From positions 2,356,001 through 2,420,000 of the forward strand of contig BQFW01000012.1 of NCBI GenBank assembly GCA_020891255.1: a DNA stretch of 64,000 nucleotides, in the 5' to 3' direction. Below the pieces are notes generated by a model. It ran no database searches, was not told where the DNA came from, and was given only the letters and a program-made list of their open reading frames with translations. Of this stretch, positions 20,707 through 32,521 are shown piece after piece; within the stretch, counting starts at the first letter, position 1, and every line of letters starts with the position of its first letter. The stretch comes from Entomortierella parvispora E1425 (taxonomy: Eukaryota; Fungi; Mortierellomycota). Made by a program: the position numbers and the translations under genes.

Positions 20707-20872
20707 CGGACTGTTTTTTTCCCTGGGTAACATCGTGTCTGTTCTTTGCCAAAAAAAAAAAAAAAGAAAAAAAAATCCACAGATTGCTGTTTTCAACGTT
20801 TCACCATTTCCTTTCCACACTCCACCAAGCCCCGGCCCTTTTTTTTCACACACACATACACATTCATCGAGT

Positions 20873-21763
20873 ATGACCTCCCATTCTGGACAAGGGATCG
20901 ATCAACGTCTCCCCGCCGAAGTTTGGAGAGAGATCTGCAGCTATCTCTACCTTTCTCAGCTCTGTCGCCTCTCCATGGTCAACCACACTCTTGATGCCAT
21001 TGTCGGTCAGCTCCCAATCTGGCGCTATCTATACAACAGCTTCAGTCCCAACAAACGACTCCGACTCCTCTTCAACAAACCAGCATTGAAAAGCTACATG
21101 CTGTACGTTTGTGCCAACAGTCTTCATATTTGCGAGGAATGTTACTGGTACGCCAGGGCAGCTACCTTGGTCTATTTCCCATTACCAGTACTGGTTCCAC
21201 TGCCAAAATTTTGTCCTTCCAACGAAGAAGATTATGTTGATGACCTGAAGGTGGCCGCAAATACAAGTGCCCTTGGGACTGGAGAACTTCAGGACCATCG
21301 ACCCGAGTTGATGTACCGCATACCATCTATCCATGGTGACGGCCCGATTGAATATATGAATGATGACGGAAATGAGTTCTTGACAACAGAAGGGATCCAA
21401 GACGTCGGAACCCCATTGAATACTACCTGGACTGTTCGAAAATGTCTCGACTGCCGAAAAAAGCAAAGAGAGAAGGGAGGTCCGAGGGAGATCATAGGTA
21501 TACCTATTCCGAAAATAGTGAATAGTTATGATCGAATGACTGTTTCAGAGTGGCGCCATCTATACCCTGGATATGGGCTTGATGCGAGAGGGAGAGCAAC
21601 CTCCAGCATTCACTTCAGTTTTCCGGTTCACGAAGACACCGTCATTCACGATCTAAAGCAGAAGTACGGCGGAGCTGAGGACGTGCAAGCATCTAAAATG
21701 TCGTCCAAAGAATCTTATGCAAAAACTAAGGCAAGGATCCTGTGGTATCGACAGCAGGACTAA
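20873..21763 (+). CDS. F-box protein, tandem copy 1
   Basis: N-terminal F-box-like LPAEVWREICSYLYLSQLCRLSMVN...IWR. CxxC pairs HICEEC and KCLDC. Single exon. Confidence 0.8.
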   Translation: MTSHSGQGIDQRLPAEVWREICSYLYLSQLCRLSMVNHTLDAIVGQLPIWRYLYNSFSPNKRLRLLFNKPALKSYMLYVCANSLHICEECYWYARAATLVYFPLPVLVPLPKFCPSNEEDYVDDLKVAANTSALGTGELQDHRPELMYRIPSIHGDGPIEYMNDDGNEFLTTEGIQDVGTPLNTTWTVRKCLDCRKKQREKGGPREIIGIPIPKIVNSYDRMTVSEWRHLYPGYGLDARGRATSSIHFSFPVHEDTVIHDLKQKYGGAEDVQASKMSSKESYAKTKARILWYRQQD

Positions 21764-22075
21764 AGAATCCTAGTACATCTTTGACGACGACGACAATGAC
21801 GACGATGGCCAGCAGGATATGTTGAACAGGGGTGAAGTTGGTGATGACTGCAAACATCAGGACGAATACAAAATAAAAACTGAGGGTCGCTCCTCCACCA
21901 ATATCAACAATATCAACTGCAATGTGCTCTCCACACTCAAAAGTAATGGTAGCACCGCCAGTTCAGAGTGTACGAGAAGTATGCCACGCAGTGCCAGAGC
22001 AAGAATGTGAGTCAGAGAACGAGCACAGAAGAAGGAGCCGGAAAAATACAACATACAACTATGGATTGGGCGGTG
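21764..22075 (+). pseudogene. Decayed 5' fragment of the downstream IES2-like gene
   Basis: acatctttgacgacgacgacaatgacgacgatggccagcaggatatgttgaac aligns with IES2 exon 1 acacctttgacgacgacgacgaagaagacgatgaccaggaggatatgttgagc (about 23333). There is no ATG and similarity decays downstream. Confidence 0.75.
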
Positions 22076-22324
22076 GTAAAGGCGATAAAGCTGACGAGGG
22101 TGGTGGTGATTGGTGATACCTTTGCCGCGGCAATTTTTTAATGGTCTTCTCATCCACAGCTTTATCATATTTGAAGGGCCTCTTTCCTCCTGCGTGACTT
22201 TGTGTTCGTTGCCAAAACCACATGGTAACACGTTTTTATTTGTTCCTTTCCTTTTTTTCTTCTTCTTTTATTATCCCTCAACCAAGTGCCGACACCCTCT
22301 CTTCGCAGCGCTCACCATCACAAC

Positions 22325-23191
22325 ATGGCTGCATCTTCTGGACAAAGGATTGACCAGCGCGTCCCTATCGAGGTTTGGAAACATATCTGTAGCTATCTTT
22401 ATCCTTCTCAGCTCTGTCGTCTTTCCATGGTCAACCACGCTTTCGACGCCATTGTCGGCTCGCTTCCAATCTGGCGTTATCTCTACATCAGCTTTAGTCC
22501 CGACAATCGACTCCGACTCCTTTTCAACAAGCCAGCATCGAAGAGCTATATGTTGTACGTGTGCGCCAACAGTCTCCACATTTGCGAGGAGTGCTACTGG
22601 TATGCCAGAGCGACAACTTTGGTCCACTTCCCGCTACCTGTGCTGGTGCCTCTGCAATTTCGACCTTTGCAGGAAGAGGATGAAGATGTTGACAAACTTA
22701 AGGTGACCTCCAGCACGAGTGACTTTCGGCTTAGACAACTTCGATACCTTCGACCTGAGCTGATGGACCGTTTGCATGGCATCCATGGTGAAGCGCCAAT
22801 TAGTTATATGACTGACGACGGAAATGAATCCTTTGTGAGCGAGCAGATTCAATACGTCGGAACCCCATTGAATACCACCTGGACTGTCCTGAAATGTCTT
22901 GACTGTCGGAAGAAGCAAAGAGAGAAGAAGGGCCCATGCGAGATCATAGGGATAACCCCAACAAGGCCTTCCTCTCAAGCAATGAGTGCTCTAGGGTGGC
23001 GCCGGATATACCCTGAATACGACCGTTCAAGGAGATCAGCTTCTTACGATTCGATCAAGGAGGAAGTCGTCATTGATACACTGAAGAGACATTATGGTGG
23101 AGTTACGGATGTGGAAGCGTCCAAAAGATCGTCTCGCGACTACTACCTGAAGACCAAGATGAGGATCAAGTGGTATCGGCAGCAGGACTGA
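22325..23191 (+). CDS. F-box protein, tandem copy 2
   Basis: Clear paralog of 20873-21763, sharing the start SGQxIDQR and the end RIxWYRQQD. Confidence 0.8.
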   Translation: MAASSGQRIDQRVPIEVWKHICSYLYPSQLCRLSMVNHAFDAIVGSLPIWRYLYISFSPDNRLRLLFNKPASKSYMLYVCANSLHICEECYWYARATTLVHFPLPVLVPLQFRPLQEEDEDVDKLKVTSSTSDFRLRQLRYLRPELMDRLHGIHGEAPISYMTDDGNESFVSEQIQYVGTPLNTTWTVLKCLDCRKKQREKKGPCEIIGITPTRPSSQAMSALGWRRIYPEYDRSRRSASYDSIKEEVVIDTLKRHYGGVTDVEASKRSSRDYYLKTKMRIKWYRQQD

Positions 23192-23296
23192 GGGTGGTGT
23201 CCGCTCGCCGTGGAAACGGCACGTGACTCATGATTTTGAATAAATATTCAATGCATGCTTCACATTTTCATTCTTTGCACATCTGCACATCACATC

Positions 23297-25342
23297 ATGT
23301 CTCGACGAGCAGCAGCACAGCAACCCCAATACACCTTTGACGACGACGACGAAGAAGACGATGACCAGGAGGATATGTTGAGCGGGAGCGAAAACGGCGA
23401 TGACGACGAAGATCAGGACGATGGCGAGTCAGAGGATGAAGATGCATATGGAGATCGCCCCAAGGGTCGTTCCGCCTCCTCGTCTTCCTCAGCCAAGAAC
23501 ACAGCTGCCTCTGCATCCTCCAGGAGGGGCAACAACTCGAAGCAAACTGGTGCTGGATCAAGGACAAAAGCTCCCGCACCCCCGCCAGCTCGATCCACTT
23601 CCAGCCGCGCGTCAGCAGCTGCAGCGGCAGCTGCTCTGCCACCCGCCACCAAGGCACAAACACGCGGAGGCAATGTTACAAAGCGGACACAGTTCGTAGA
23701 GCCACCCTCGAGCAGGACACGGAAAGCGGCTGTCAACTATGCAGAGCCTGAAGAGGATGATCTTGAGGACGAGGACGAAGAGGATGAAGAGGATGAAGAG
23801 GATGATTTGGACGATGACGAAGAGGATCAGGTCCCACCCGCCAAATCAACCTCGTCTTCCTCCAGGCGAGGCGCTGCAGCCCCTGCACCAGCACAACGAT
23901 CCTCAACTAGGAGAACCGCTGCGACGACACAGGCCAAGCAAACCTCAAAGAGGCGAGGTATTTTTTTTTTTTTTTTTTTTTTATTTTTTTAAAAAAGCCT
24001 CTATTACCAGGTAAATTATGAAAAACTCCTAACAGCCCGTTCGTGGTCTTGTTTTTTTAGCGTCCACACCACTTAGTTCAGAAGACAACGAAGATGACGA
24101 GGACGAGGATGACGAGGAAGAAGAGGAAGAGATCTCGCAACCAGTATCACCCACGAAAAAGCGTGGAGGACGGCCTTCCAAGGACGTTGACATGGACTCT
24201 GTCACATCTTCACAACGTGGTAGTAGCCGTACCGGCGACGATGATCTAGATATGGAGATGATGGAGGATGATGACGAGGATAATCGGAGCCTCGGCGAAG
24301 AAGAGGATGAAGAGGATGAGGACGAAGAGGACGAGGAAGAGGAGGACATTGATGTGGAGGATGATATTGACATGAAGGACGATGACGATGATGAGGATGA
24401 CATCGAGAACACAAAGCCGTTGGTACCGAAACCTGGCCTGCCGTCCTCTGCAAACGCCAAGGGCAAGAAGGTCGACCGGAGTCTGATGGATATGGAAGGA
24501 GATGACGATGATGACGATGATGACGAGGAAGAGTTCAGTGACGACGATTTCTCAAATCCACAGATGGGCATGGGTTTCGGTGGACTGATGACAAAGCGAC
24601 AGAGGTCAAAGTTGGATGTTCATGATGTCTCCTTGGAGCTCTTTGAGTTACCTGTTGGTATGTCTTGCGACTACATTTGGAATGGAATGGCCTTCACCTC
24701 TCACTTGTTCCCTAACACAATCAACTTTTGGTTTTTGATTTAATAGCCGCCTCTCGCAAACGCCACCACACGGAGGAAGAAATGGCACTGAAAAAGAGTG
24801 AAATCACTCGTCGACGCAAGAATCAGTCAGCACAAAGGGCGGAGCAGGACAAACTCGAGACCATCAACCGATTGCTCAAGAAGCAGGCTGGAAAGCGCAA
24901 GAAGGGTGCTCAGGACGATGACGAAGGAGGCGATGACAAAAAATCGAACGAAGTAGATGGCGCCAACGATCGATCAGGACGAGTGAACAGATTCATGACG
25001 CCTTCGAGCTATGTTCGTATCAGGTACGACGCTGACGGAACGACCCTCTCCATACCCGAGGAGTCGTTGGAGGATATTCCATCTTGGATCCAGAAATCGA
25101 TCCCTCCAGTGACACCACGGGTCGACTTGTTGAAGCTTGATGCAAATGGAGTCAAGAGAGGGCCAGTTTCGATCGAGGTCCTGGACACGCCCATGGTTCC
25201 CTTGAAGGAACCCGCATATCCTGCACCAAGGGGAGCGTGCGAAGTAACGCAGTGCCATCAACCTTGGAAGTACCGAGGGACCAAGAGCAAAAAGGTTGCA
25301 TGTGGACTGGAACACTTGAAGTTGGTCGAGGCTGAGGCATAG
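23297..25342 (+). CDS. IES2: INO80 complex subunit Ies2/INO80B (PAPA-1 domain + HIT-type zinc finger); 3 exons
   Basis: Exons 23297-23957, 24061-24657 and 24747-25342. Long acidic N-terminus. PAPA-1-like TEEEMALKKSEITRRRKNQSAQRAEQDKLETINRLLKKQ. C-terminal CEVTQC...KY...ACGLEHL. Confidence 0.85.
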
Positions 25343-25498
25343 GTCCTCAATCCCACATTGTCCATGCATGACGATCTTTCTCGTCTCACTTTCAGTTGGG
25401 TTATTTGTAGATAGAGACGAAGAGGTGCAAGAAATATATTCCCCATAATGAAAATTAACAAAGTACTGCAAAAGACATGAGCAGTGTTGTAACGGATC

Positions 25499-26997
25499 TC
25501 ACTCGACTTTGACAGAGAAAGGCTCCTCCTCTTGACCGTCAGATTCAGCTATCCACTCTCCTTTCTCCCCCACTGGAGAAGCCTGGTTTTGACTACATGG
25601 GCTGGAAAACAAGCTGACACGACTCACATTGCCCACATTCGACCCTAGTCCTCCAGAGCCGCCCACGATCTGGCCACTGGCAATATTGGCAGCAGCCCCA
25701 GATCCTGAGCCGACACCTGTTCCGCCACTTATACTTGTCGCAGACCGATTACTGTTGACCGAGAATGCGGCGGTGGATCGATTGTTGGAGACTTGCCCCA
25801 TGATGGCATTGATGGCTGTGCTATCCAAAGCAACATTGGCCAATCCTGCAGAGGTTGGGCTTGGATTAAAGGACATTGTCATATTGGGTGACATGGATGA
25901 AGAAGGGCTCATGGCCACGGAGGTCGATGTAGCGGCATTGTAGCTTGTAGTGGTTGCTGCTGTAGTCGTGGCGGGAGGGGGAGAGAGCGTTGCAGGGTTG
26001 TACGTTGGCACAGCGCCATTCGAGGTCTGAGTGGACTGAGCTGTCTGGGGGACGACCATGAGTCCAATAGAGAGGGAAGGGTCATCGATCCAAAACATGG
26101 CGATAAAGCAACAAATCACCAACAGGATAATCTGTGTAAAGACAAAGATCCAGGGCTTGATGCTTGGGAACAAGCATTGACTCACCGAGGCCGAGAACAA
26201 GGACAACGTCCCAAACGCCACAAACGACAAGAGCGCATGGCCCCAGATATGGGTGTCTCCAAAATCCAGGTAGTAATAGTTGCCCTCTGCATAGACGATT
26301 CCTGCTCTGTATTTCGGTTTTGCGGGCTCCTTCTTTTTCTTGTGATGGGTCGTTGTCGCTGTCGTGGATTTGGAGGTGGAGGTCTTGCGTTGGACGAGCG
26401 TGCCAGAAGAGGAGCCATTGACTCTGGTCTGGGTGCTATTATCAGTCGTTTGCTGTCCCTGACTCACTTCGCCATTGCCGGTGCTGGTGCCAGTGCTGTC
26501 GGCACTGCTATCTTCGTCGTCGCTGTCGTCGTCAGTGTCGGCCAGCGGCGGCGTGCCTCCAGGAGGCACTTGTTTCAAGAACGAGAGGAAAACCGCCAAA
26601 AAGAACCCAATGCACAATGAGATCTCCAAGGCATTGGCTTGGTCGTCGGTACAGGTCGTATACGTGAACGAGGCCCCTGGAACATAATAGCACGTATAAT
26701 TGCTCGATGGAGTCTGAACAATGGTCGTAACAGGCGTAGGGGTGGCTCCTAATGAAAAGGAATATGTTTCTCTGAGAAAAAAAAAAGGGACGAAACGAGA
26801 AACAAGCACGCTGTCAGGCTATGAACCAGATGACATCCGTTGGGCACTAAGAATCCGATCTAAAACAAAAAAGTGAACTAGAAACGGTCAAGAGGGGGGG
26901 GGGGGAGGTAGACTTACAAAGCAGTGTAGATCACATAAGACCCCAAAGGCATGTAGTTTGCCAATTTGGTGATCGAAGACACGACCTGGACATCCAT
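25499..26997 (-). CDS. DUF679/DMP-like four-TM membrane protein; at least 2 exons
   Basis: Exon 26997-26918 (MDVQVVSSITKLANYMPLGSYVIYTA, GTAAGT donor) joins exon 26771 onward in phase 2. Helices align by eye with plant DMP motifs (KLANxxPxG, C, FLSF, GHALLSFVAFGTLSLF...QCLFP, final TM then SIG). The 3' end is uncertain because of a possible extra donor at about 25627. Confidence 0.7.
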
Positions 26998-27800
26998 CCT
27001 TGAACAGCCACGATCCTGTCGTCAAAGGTGGTCTACAGAAAGGAAGTTGAGATGAAATGAGTGGAAGGGTGTTGGCGTCAAACTGATCGTTAGCGAGTGA
27101 GAGTGAAAGAGTCTGAAAGGGTCAAGGAGCTGAGGGGGCCGGAAGAAGCAAAGACGAAGAAAGCGAAAGAAAATATAGGAATCAGCGACAGGCAGAAGCT
27201 GGGTCGAGGGGAGCAGACAGGGGACAACCAAAAAAAGAAATCAGAAGGACAGGGAGGAGATGAAAAGGTCAAAAGAAGTAGAGGGGAAACCGTGGCCCTG
27301 TGGCTTCCCCACGAGAGGAGAGGGTGGACAGTGGGCACTCATTCCAAGGTCATCTGGTACTCCAGGCAAGAGCAGGAGCAAGAAATAGCAGCAAAGCTGC
27401 GTTGTGTTCAGGTCAGGGTCAGGGGTTCAGTGAGGACAACAACTGAACGTTGCGTCCACGGCGCGTGAGGGGGAGAGGGCGAAATAAACAGGCACAAAAA
27501 AAAAAAAGGGAAAAAGAGGAAATAGGGGTCTGGACGAGGGCAGATGGGAGGCCCAAGCAACTGCACCCCACTTGTCCCTATTGAGCGGAACACAGGTAGT
27601 CGGTGCCTGGACCGGAGAACCCGGGGTTCTACAGACAATGCACAGATGACAACGGCGCTTGTCCTCTTTGACCCGCGTCCAGTCGCGTCCAACCGCTTTG
27701 GGACTGGACTGTCAAAAAAGGCTCAGCCACCAAGAGGCGCGGACATGCTGCGAAATGGAGCCAATGCATTTTATTCTTTTCCATCCCACCCCACCCCACA

Positions 27801-29558
27801 ATGTCCTCATCAAGAGATCACCGATCAGGAAGCGGCAGCAGCAGCCGCAAGCGAGACCGCTCACCAGAAGACAGGGCTTCCAACACCAAGCGTTCGGAGC
27901 GTGACCGTGATTATGACAAGGAGAGGGATCGCGGTGATGTGGGTCATTCCTCTTCCTCCAGCAGACATCGATCCTCACGCGATGCCGACGACGATGAATC
28001 TAGGAAAAAATCCTCCTCCTCCTCTTCTAGAAGGGAGGACCCATCTTCTAGCCGGAGAGATAAGGGATCATCATCCTCTACTACAGACAGGCACGATCGT
28101 TCTCGTGATCGGGACAGGGATCGTAGTCGCAGTCGTGACCGTGATCACGGCTCCAGAAAGAGTTCTAGACGCGATCATGACGAGAAGGAAAGCAGGCGGG
28201 ACAGACGAAAGGAGAGTGATAGGAAGGATAAGGGGAAGAGCAGCAGCAGTCGTTCCTCCAGACACGACGGCCGATCCGAGAGCGACGACGATGACAGTGG
28301 CAGCGGATCAGAGACCGGCAGCAGCAGTGGCAGCGAGGATGAGAGCGAGGATGAGCTGATCAAAAAAGCCAAATCCATGATTCAGAGTAAGCAAAAATAG
28401 GGATGGACAGACAGATGATCCATTTCTGTTTCGCAAAAGAGGAAAAAGCTGCTGACCCGACCGCGATTTTTTTCTTCTTTTCCCTTTGTTCACAGCCATT
28501 TCTGAGGACGACTACTTCAACAAGTCAACAGAGTTCAGGCTATGGCTTCGCAAGTCCAAAAAGAAGTATTTCGAAGAGTTGACTGCAGACGAAAATCGAA
28601 AGTACTTTCGCAAATTTGTCCGCGCTTGGAACGACTACGATCTCGATGGTAAGAACAAGAAAGGTTGAGAGTAAGCTTCACCCAGTATCACAAAGAGACT
28701 AACCGTGAATTGCCTTCCCATTTGAAAACCACTCTTAGAATCATACTACAAAGGAATCCGGTCCTCACAGATCCCCAGCAGGGAGACGACGAAATATCAG
28801 TGGGGATTTGCCAAGAAGATTGGCAAGGATGATCAGTACAAGGTCGACAGCGTTCGCGACACAATTGATACTATGACGAATACTCGTTTTGCCAACGAAG
28901 TCAGTCGACTGACTGGAAAGTCGACCGCTGCAGGATTGGAGCCTTCAGCGTCGGCTAGGAGAACGGTTGGACCTTCCATGCCTCCTGGACCATCTTCAAG
29001 GAGACCTTTGACAGCGGATGAAGGTATGGTGCTTTGAAGAAAATGCACATCGTTACTGTTCTCAGCCACAGTATTCAACATATTCGTTCTAATACATGTG
29101 TTTCTCCTTGAAAAACAATAGTCGCTCAAAAGGAAGAGCAAGATGAACAGATGCGGCGCCTTCATCGCAAAGAGCAAAAAGATTACCGTAAATCAAAGGA
29201 GGTCGTCATGGAGGAACTTGTTCCTAAAGCAACAGGGCGGGAAGCCATGCTCGAGAAGCGGAGAGCACAAACGGCTTATCATCGACGGGAGCGGTCGCCG
29301 GATGTGGAGTTACCCGAGCAGGATCTTATGGGCACAGGCGATGACTACAAATCATTGCTTATGGCTGAGAAGCGCAGAAAGGAGTCGAGAGAGAATCGAC
29401 GCTATGGTGCACCAGCTGGACCAGATCAGGGCCCTTCTGGTGGCAATGTCGGAAGTGTTTTGGAGGCCAAGCAGGCAGCTTTCAGAGAAAAGGAAGAAAA
29501 GCAATTGGAGGCATTCAGACAGCTTTGGGCGCAATCACAGGCAGCCAAGGGTCTCTGA
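27801..29558 (+). CDS. RS/RD-rich nuclear protein with SCI1-like (style cell-cycle inhibitor 1-like) conserved domain; 4 exons
   Basis: Exons 27801-28386, 28496-28648, 28739-29023 and 29122-29558. Core ISEDDYFNKSTEFRLWL...YFRKFVRAWN..LDESYYKGI. C-terminal EELVPKATGREAMLEKRR. Confidence 0.7.
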
Positions 29559-29769
29559 ATTGACTTGAATAAAAATAGCATCCAAAAAGTCTTTTTTAAA
29601 AAAACGAAGAGCACTTCTTTTTATGTTGTTTGTCATTGTCTACGTTTACAAGCTGTTGATAAAGAAACATTTTGAAATGGAAGGGTGCGGGAAGAGGTGT
29701 GGAAAGGGTGAAAGTATAAACATTATCGTCGTTGAAAAAAAGGAGTCAAAACACAGAACTCTGGACAAT

Positions 29770-30790
29770 CTACTTCTTGCAGGTGTTCTTGTGAGTAGAG
29801 TTCCAGTGGTTGATCTGGCAGGGTCTGGAGCAGTAAGCGACCTTGTTGCACTTGGCGCACTTGATCAAGGGCTTGGGCTTCAACTCCTGAGAGCGACCCT
29901 CGTTAGCAACGTTGTCAGCACGACCGCAGTTGGCGCAAGAGGAGACGCCGGGAGCCTTGAAGGCCTTCTTCAAGGCCTCAGAAGCATCGATCAAAGCGGG
30001 CATAGGGTCAGTCGAGATCATACCAGTGCGGGTGGCGGAACGGGCACTGAAAGCCTGGTAGGCGGTGCGCTTGATCTCGTTGAAACCAGTCTCAACACCG
30101 TAGAGCTCCTTGAAACGAACATCGGCCTCCTGAGCCTTTGCGAAGTATGCCTGGGCCTCCTTGATGGTGCTAGCCTGCTTCAAAGCCTGGTTGCTCTTCT
30201 TCTTGGTGGCGTTGGTAGGGGCGGACTGAAGAGTCAAGGTGGCGATGGCATAGTAGGCGTTGGGGAGGGTACGAGAGTCGGGGTGGGCAACGGCGACAAA
30301 GGACTTGAAGTGGTGAAGGGCATCCTGAGCGTTGTGAGTGACGTAGTAAATGTTTCCAAGGGTAGAGTGGTTCTCGACGTTGATGGGCTCGCAGGTCAAG
30401 GCCTCCTCCAAATCCTCGTTGCAGAGCTGAGTGAGATTGATATTATAAAAAAACACACATGTGAATATAAGAACGCCTAAAAGAGATATTCATACAGGTT
30501 GCCTCCAATGCCTCCAATGCCTCCAATGCCTCCATGACAGTATCAAGAATGTTTACCTTGAGGTTGCGGAGAGCCATGTGGCAGGAAGCGCGAAGCTCCA
30601 ACATGCGACCCTTAATAGGAGCAAACTCCTGAATGGCGAAGGTAAGGGTCTGGACGCAGTGCTCGAACTGCTGACCGCACCAGAGGATCATGATGACTAT
30701 TGGTGCAGTTGAGGAGAAAGAGAGAGTAGGTTGATCAGCAAACATTGCAAACAGTGCGAGTCATGGTCAGAAACAAAGTTCGTGCGACAT
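29770..30790 (-). CDS. TPR-repeat protein with C-terminal MYND zinc finger (3' part; probably continues upstream into 31147-31803)
   Basis: Last exon 30426-29770 with CANC...KCAKCNKVAYCSRPCQINHWNSTHKNTC. The previous exon ends at 30557 (LELRASCHMALRNLK|LCNEDLEEAL, TPR-like). The 5' boundary is unresolved. Confidence 0.7.
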
Positions 30791-31146
30791 TGAGTTTGCT
30801 TGTGAGGAATGGGATGTTGGTGGAGGTTTGTCAAGTGGGAAGGAAGCCTGCGCGAAATAGACCTGAGAGCCGTTCGAATACGCCAGCAAGCTAGCAAATG
30901 ATTCTTCCCATCCAGATTAAGCGCGATTCCTCAAAAGAGCCCTCTTCTCTTCCTGCCCCATTGAATCATAAAAAGCGTTGCTGGTGACCCGTGGACATGT
31001 TCAGATCAAGATGGCAGAAACAGGCAAGGCAGAACAGAGACCAGCTAATGCTGTTGATGGCAAAACCATGCACAGTCTTGCCTTGTGCTCCACAGTCCTC
31101 CCAGTGTCACCGATATCAGTTGCAGGCGAAACGTTCAAAAACTTAC

Positions 31147-31803
31147 CAAAGACAACAGAGTCGCGGGTGTAGATGGTAGTCTGCTGCTCAGCACCCTCTT
31201 CGTCAGAGTCGACGGTGGCAGTAGAGGTGCCCTCGGGGTTGTAGGTCTGGACGTACATCTCGTACTGCTCAGCGAGCTTGAGGATACGCTGGTTCATCTG
31301 GGTAGCCTTCTCGTCGAGGAGGAAAGCAGCCATAAGATCCTTGGTGACCGAAACAATCTCGTCCTTGTGCTTCTCGATCAACTCGGCATCAGCGCCCTCA
31401 GGGATCTCGTTCAAGCGCTCCATGGCCTTGGAAAAGAGCTCCTTGGCCTCGAAGTAGTTCTGGTAGATGAGGTGAAGTAAAGGATTAGGTTAGCGATCCG
31501 AACGATGCGATGCGATGCGATGAGACATGGATCCCGATGATCCTTGCGCCCATCTTCAAGACTGCACTGATCCTTAGGGCTTTGTTTACGAACCTTGACC
31601 AAGGGGTCGGTGGTCTTGTCCTTGGTGCCGTTGGCCTCGAGGAGGTCAAAGTCGTTTTTCTGGACGGCCTGGCTCTGCTCCTGCTCGTGGGTATGGTCGT
31701 GGCTGCAGTCGGGACCGTGGACGTGCTCCTCGGAGGTGGCAACGACGTTATCGACAGGGGTCTCCTCGACAGCGACAGCGGGGGCGGGGTTAGAGTCAGC
31801 CAT
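31147..31803 (-). CDS. Helical acidic coding exons, probably the 5' part of the TPR-MYND gene
   Basis: Exon 31803-31594 (MADSNPAP...DPLVK) and exon 31459-31147 (NYFEAKELFSKAMERL...TRDSVVF) with strong coding codon bias. The second exon ends in a GTAAGT donor rather than a stop. Confidence 0.65.
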
Positions 31804-32521
31804 TGTTGATCAGATGTGATGTAGAAAGGTGGGGGGGATTGGGATGAAGAATGAAAGGTGGATTGATGAAGGAAGCAAGATCAAGTCTCTTTCCCCTTGG
31901 GCCGTCATCGCGCCCCGTTGCGTTTCCCAGCTGATGGGAAAGGTGGGGAGTCAGTGGCGGTGGCTTGGAAAGGATCACGTGATGGAGCACAGCGGCGCTG
32001 CCACTGCCAGCTGGAGTACTGTGAGTGGGGCAGTGGGCGGTGCAGGTGGGAGTGTGTGTGGCACTCGGGCTGGACCGCAGATGGATGGCTCCTGGAGCCC
32101 TCTTCGATCCAGCCAATCACGGAGCTTGGTCCTGCAGACAAGAAGAAGGAGGCACACTCGACTCGATGCACGCTCGATGCACACACTCACACTCACACTC
32201 ACACTCACACACAACACACCCACAACGCGCCCACAGTGACCGACTGAATTGGGCACCCCTTCCGCACCGCACACCCCTCGCCTCCTCCCCCCCTCTTCTC
32301 CACGCTGCTGCACTGCTTTGCTCTCCCTTTCGGTCGTTTCTGTTCCTGTTCTTCTTGCCTCTCCACCCCTGTGCTCTTCTCCTCTCCTCTCCTCTCCTCT
32401 CTACTCATCCTCTCCCTCCTGTCTTTCCATCGCTTCTTCTTCCTCGCGCCTTCTTCATTCATTCATTCATTCATTCATTCATTCCCCACCTTTTCTTGAA
32501 AGAACCCCTTTCTTGCTGCCG

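Noticed and set aside
23330-24560. GAC/GAT/GAG repeat arrays
   Set aside because: They encode the acidic low-complexity region of Ies2 and are not a mobile or CRISPR-like array.
29623-30480. 285-aa plus-strand ORF
   Set aside because: Antisense to the MYND-containing exon, with no motifs of its own.
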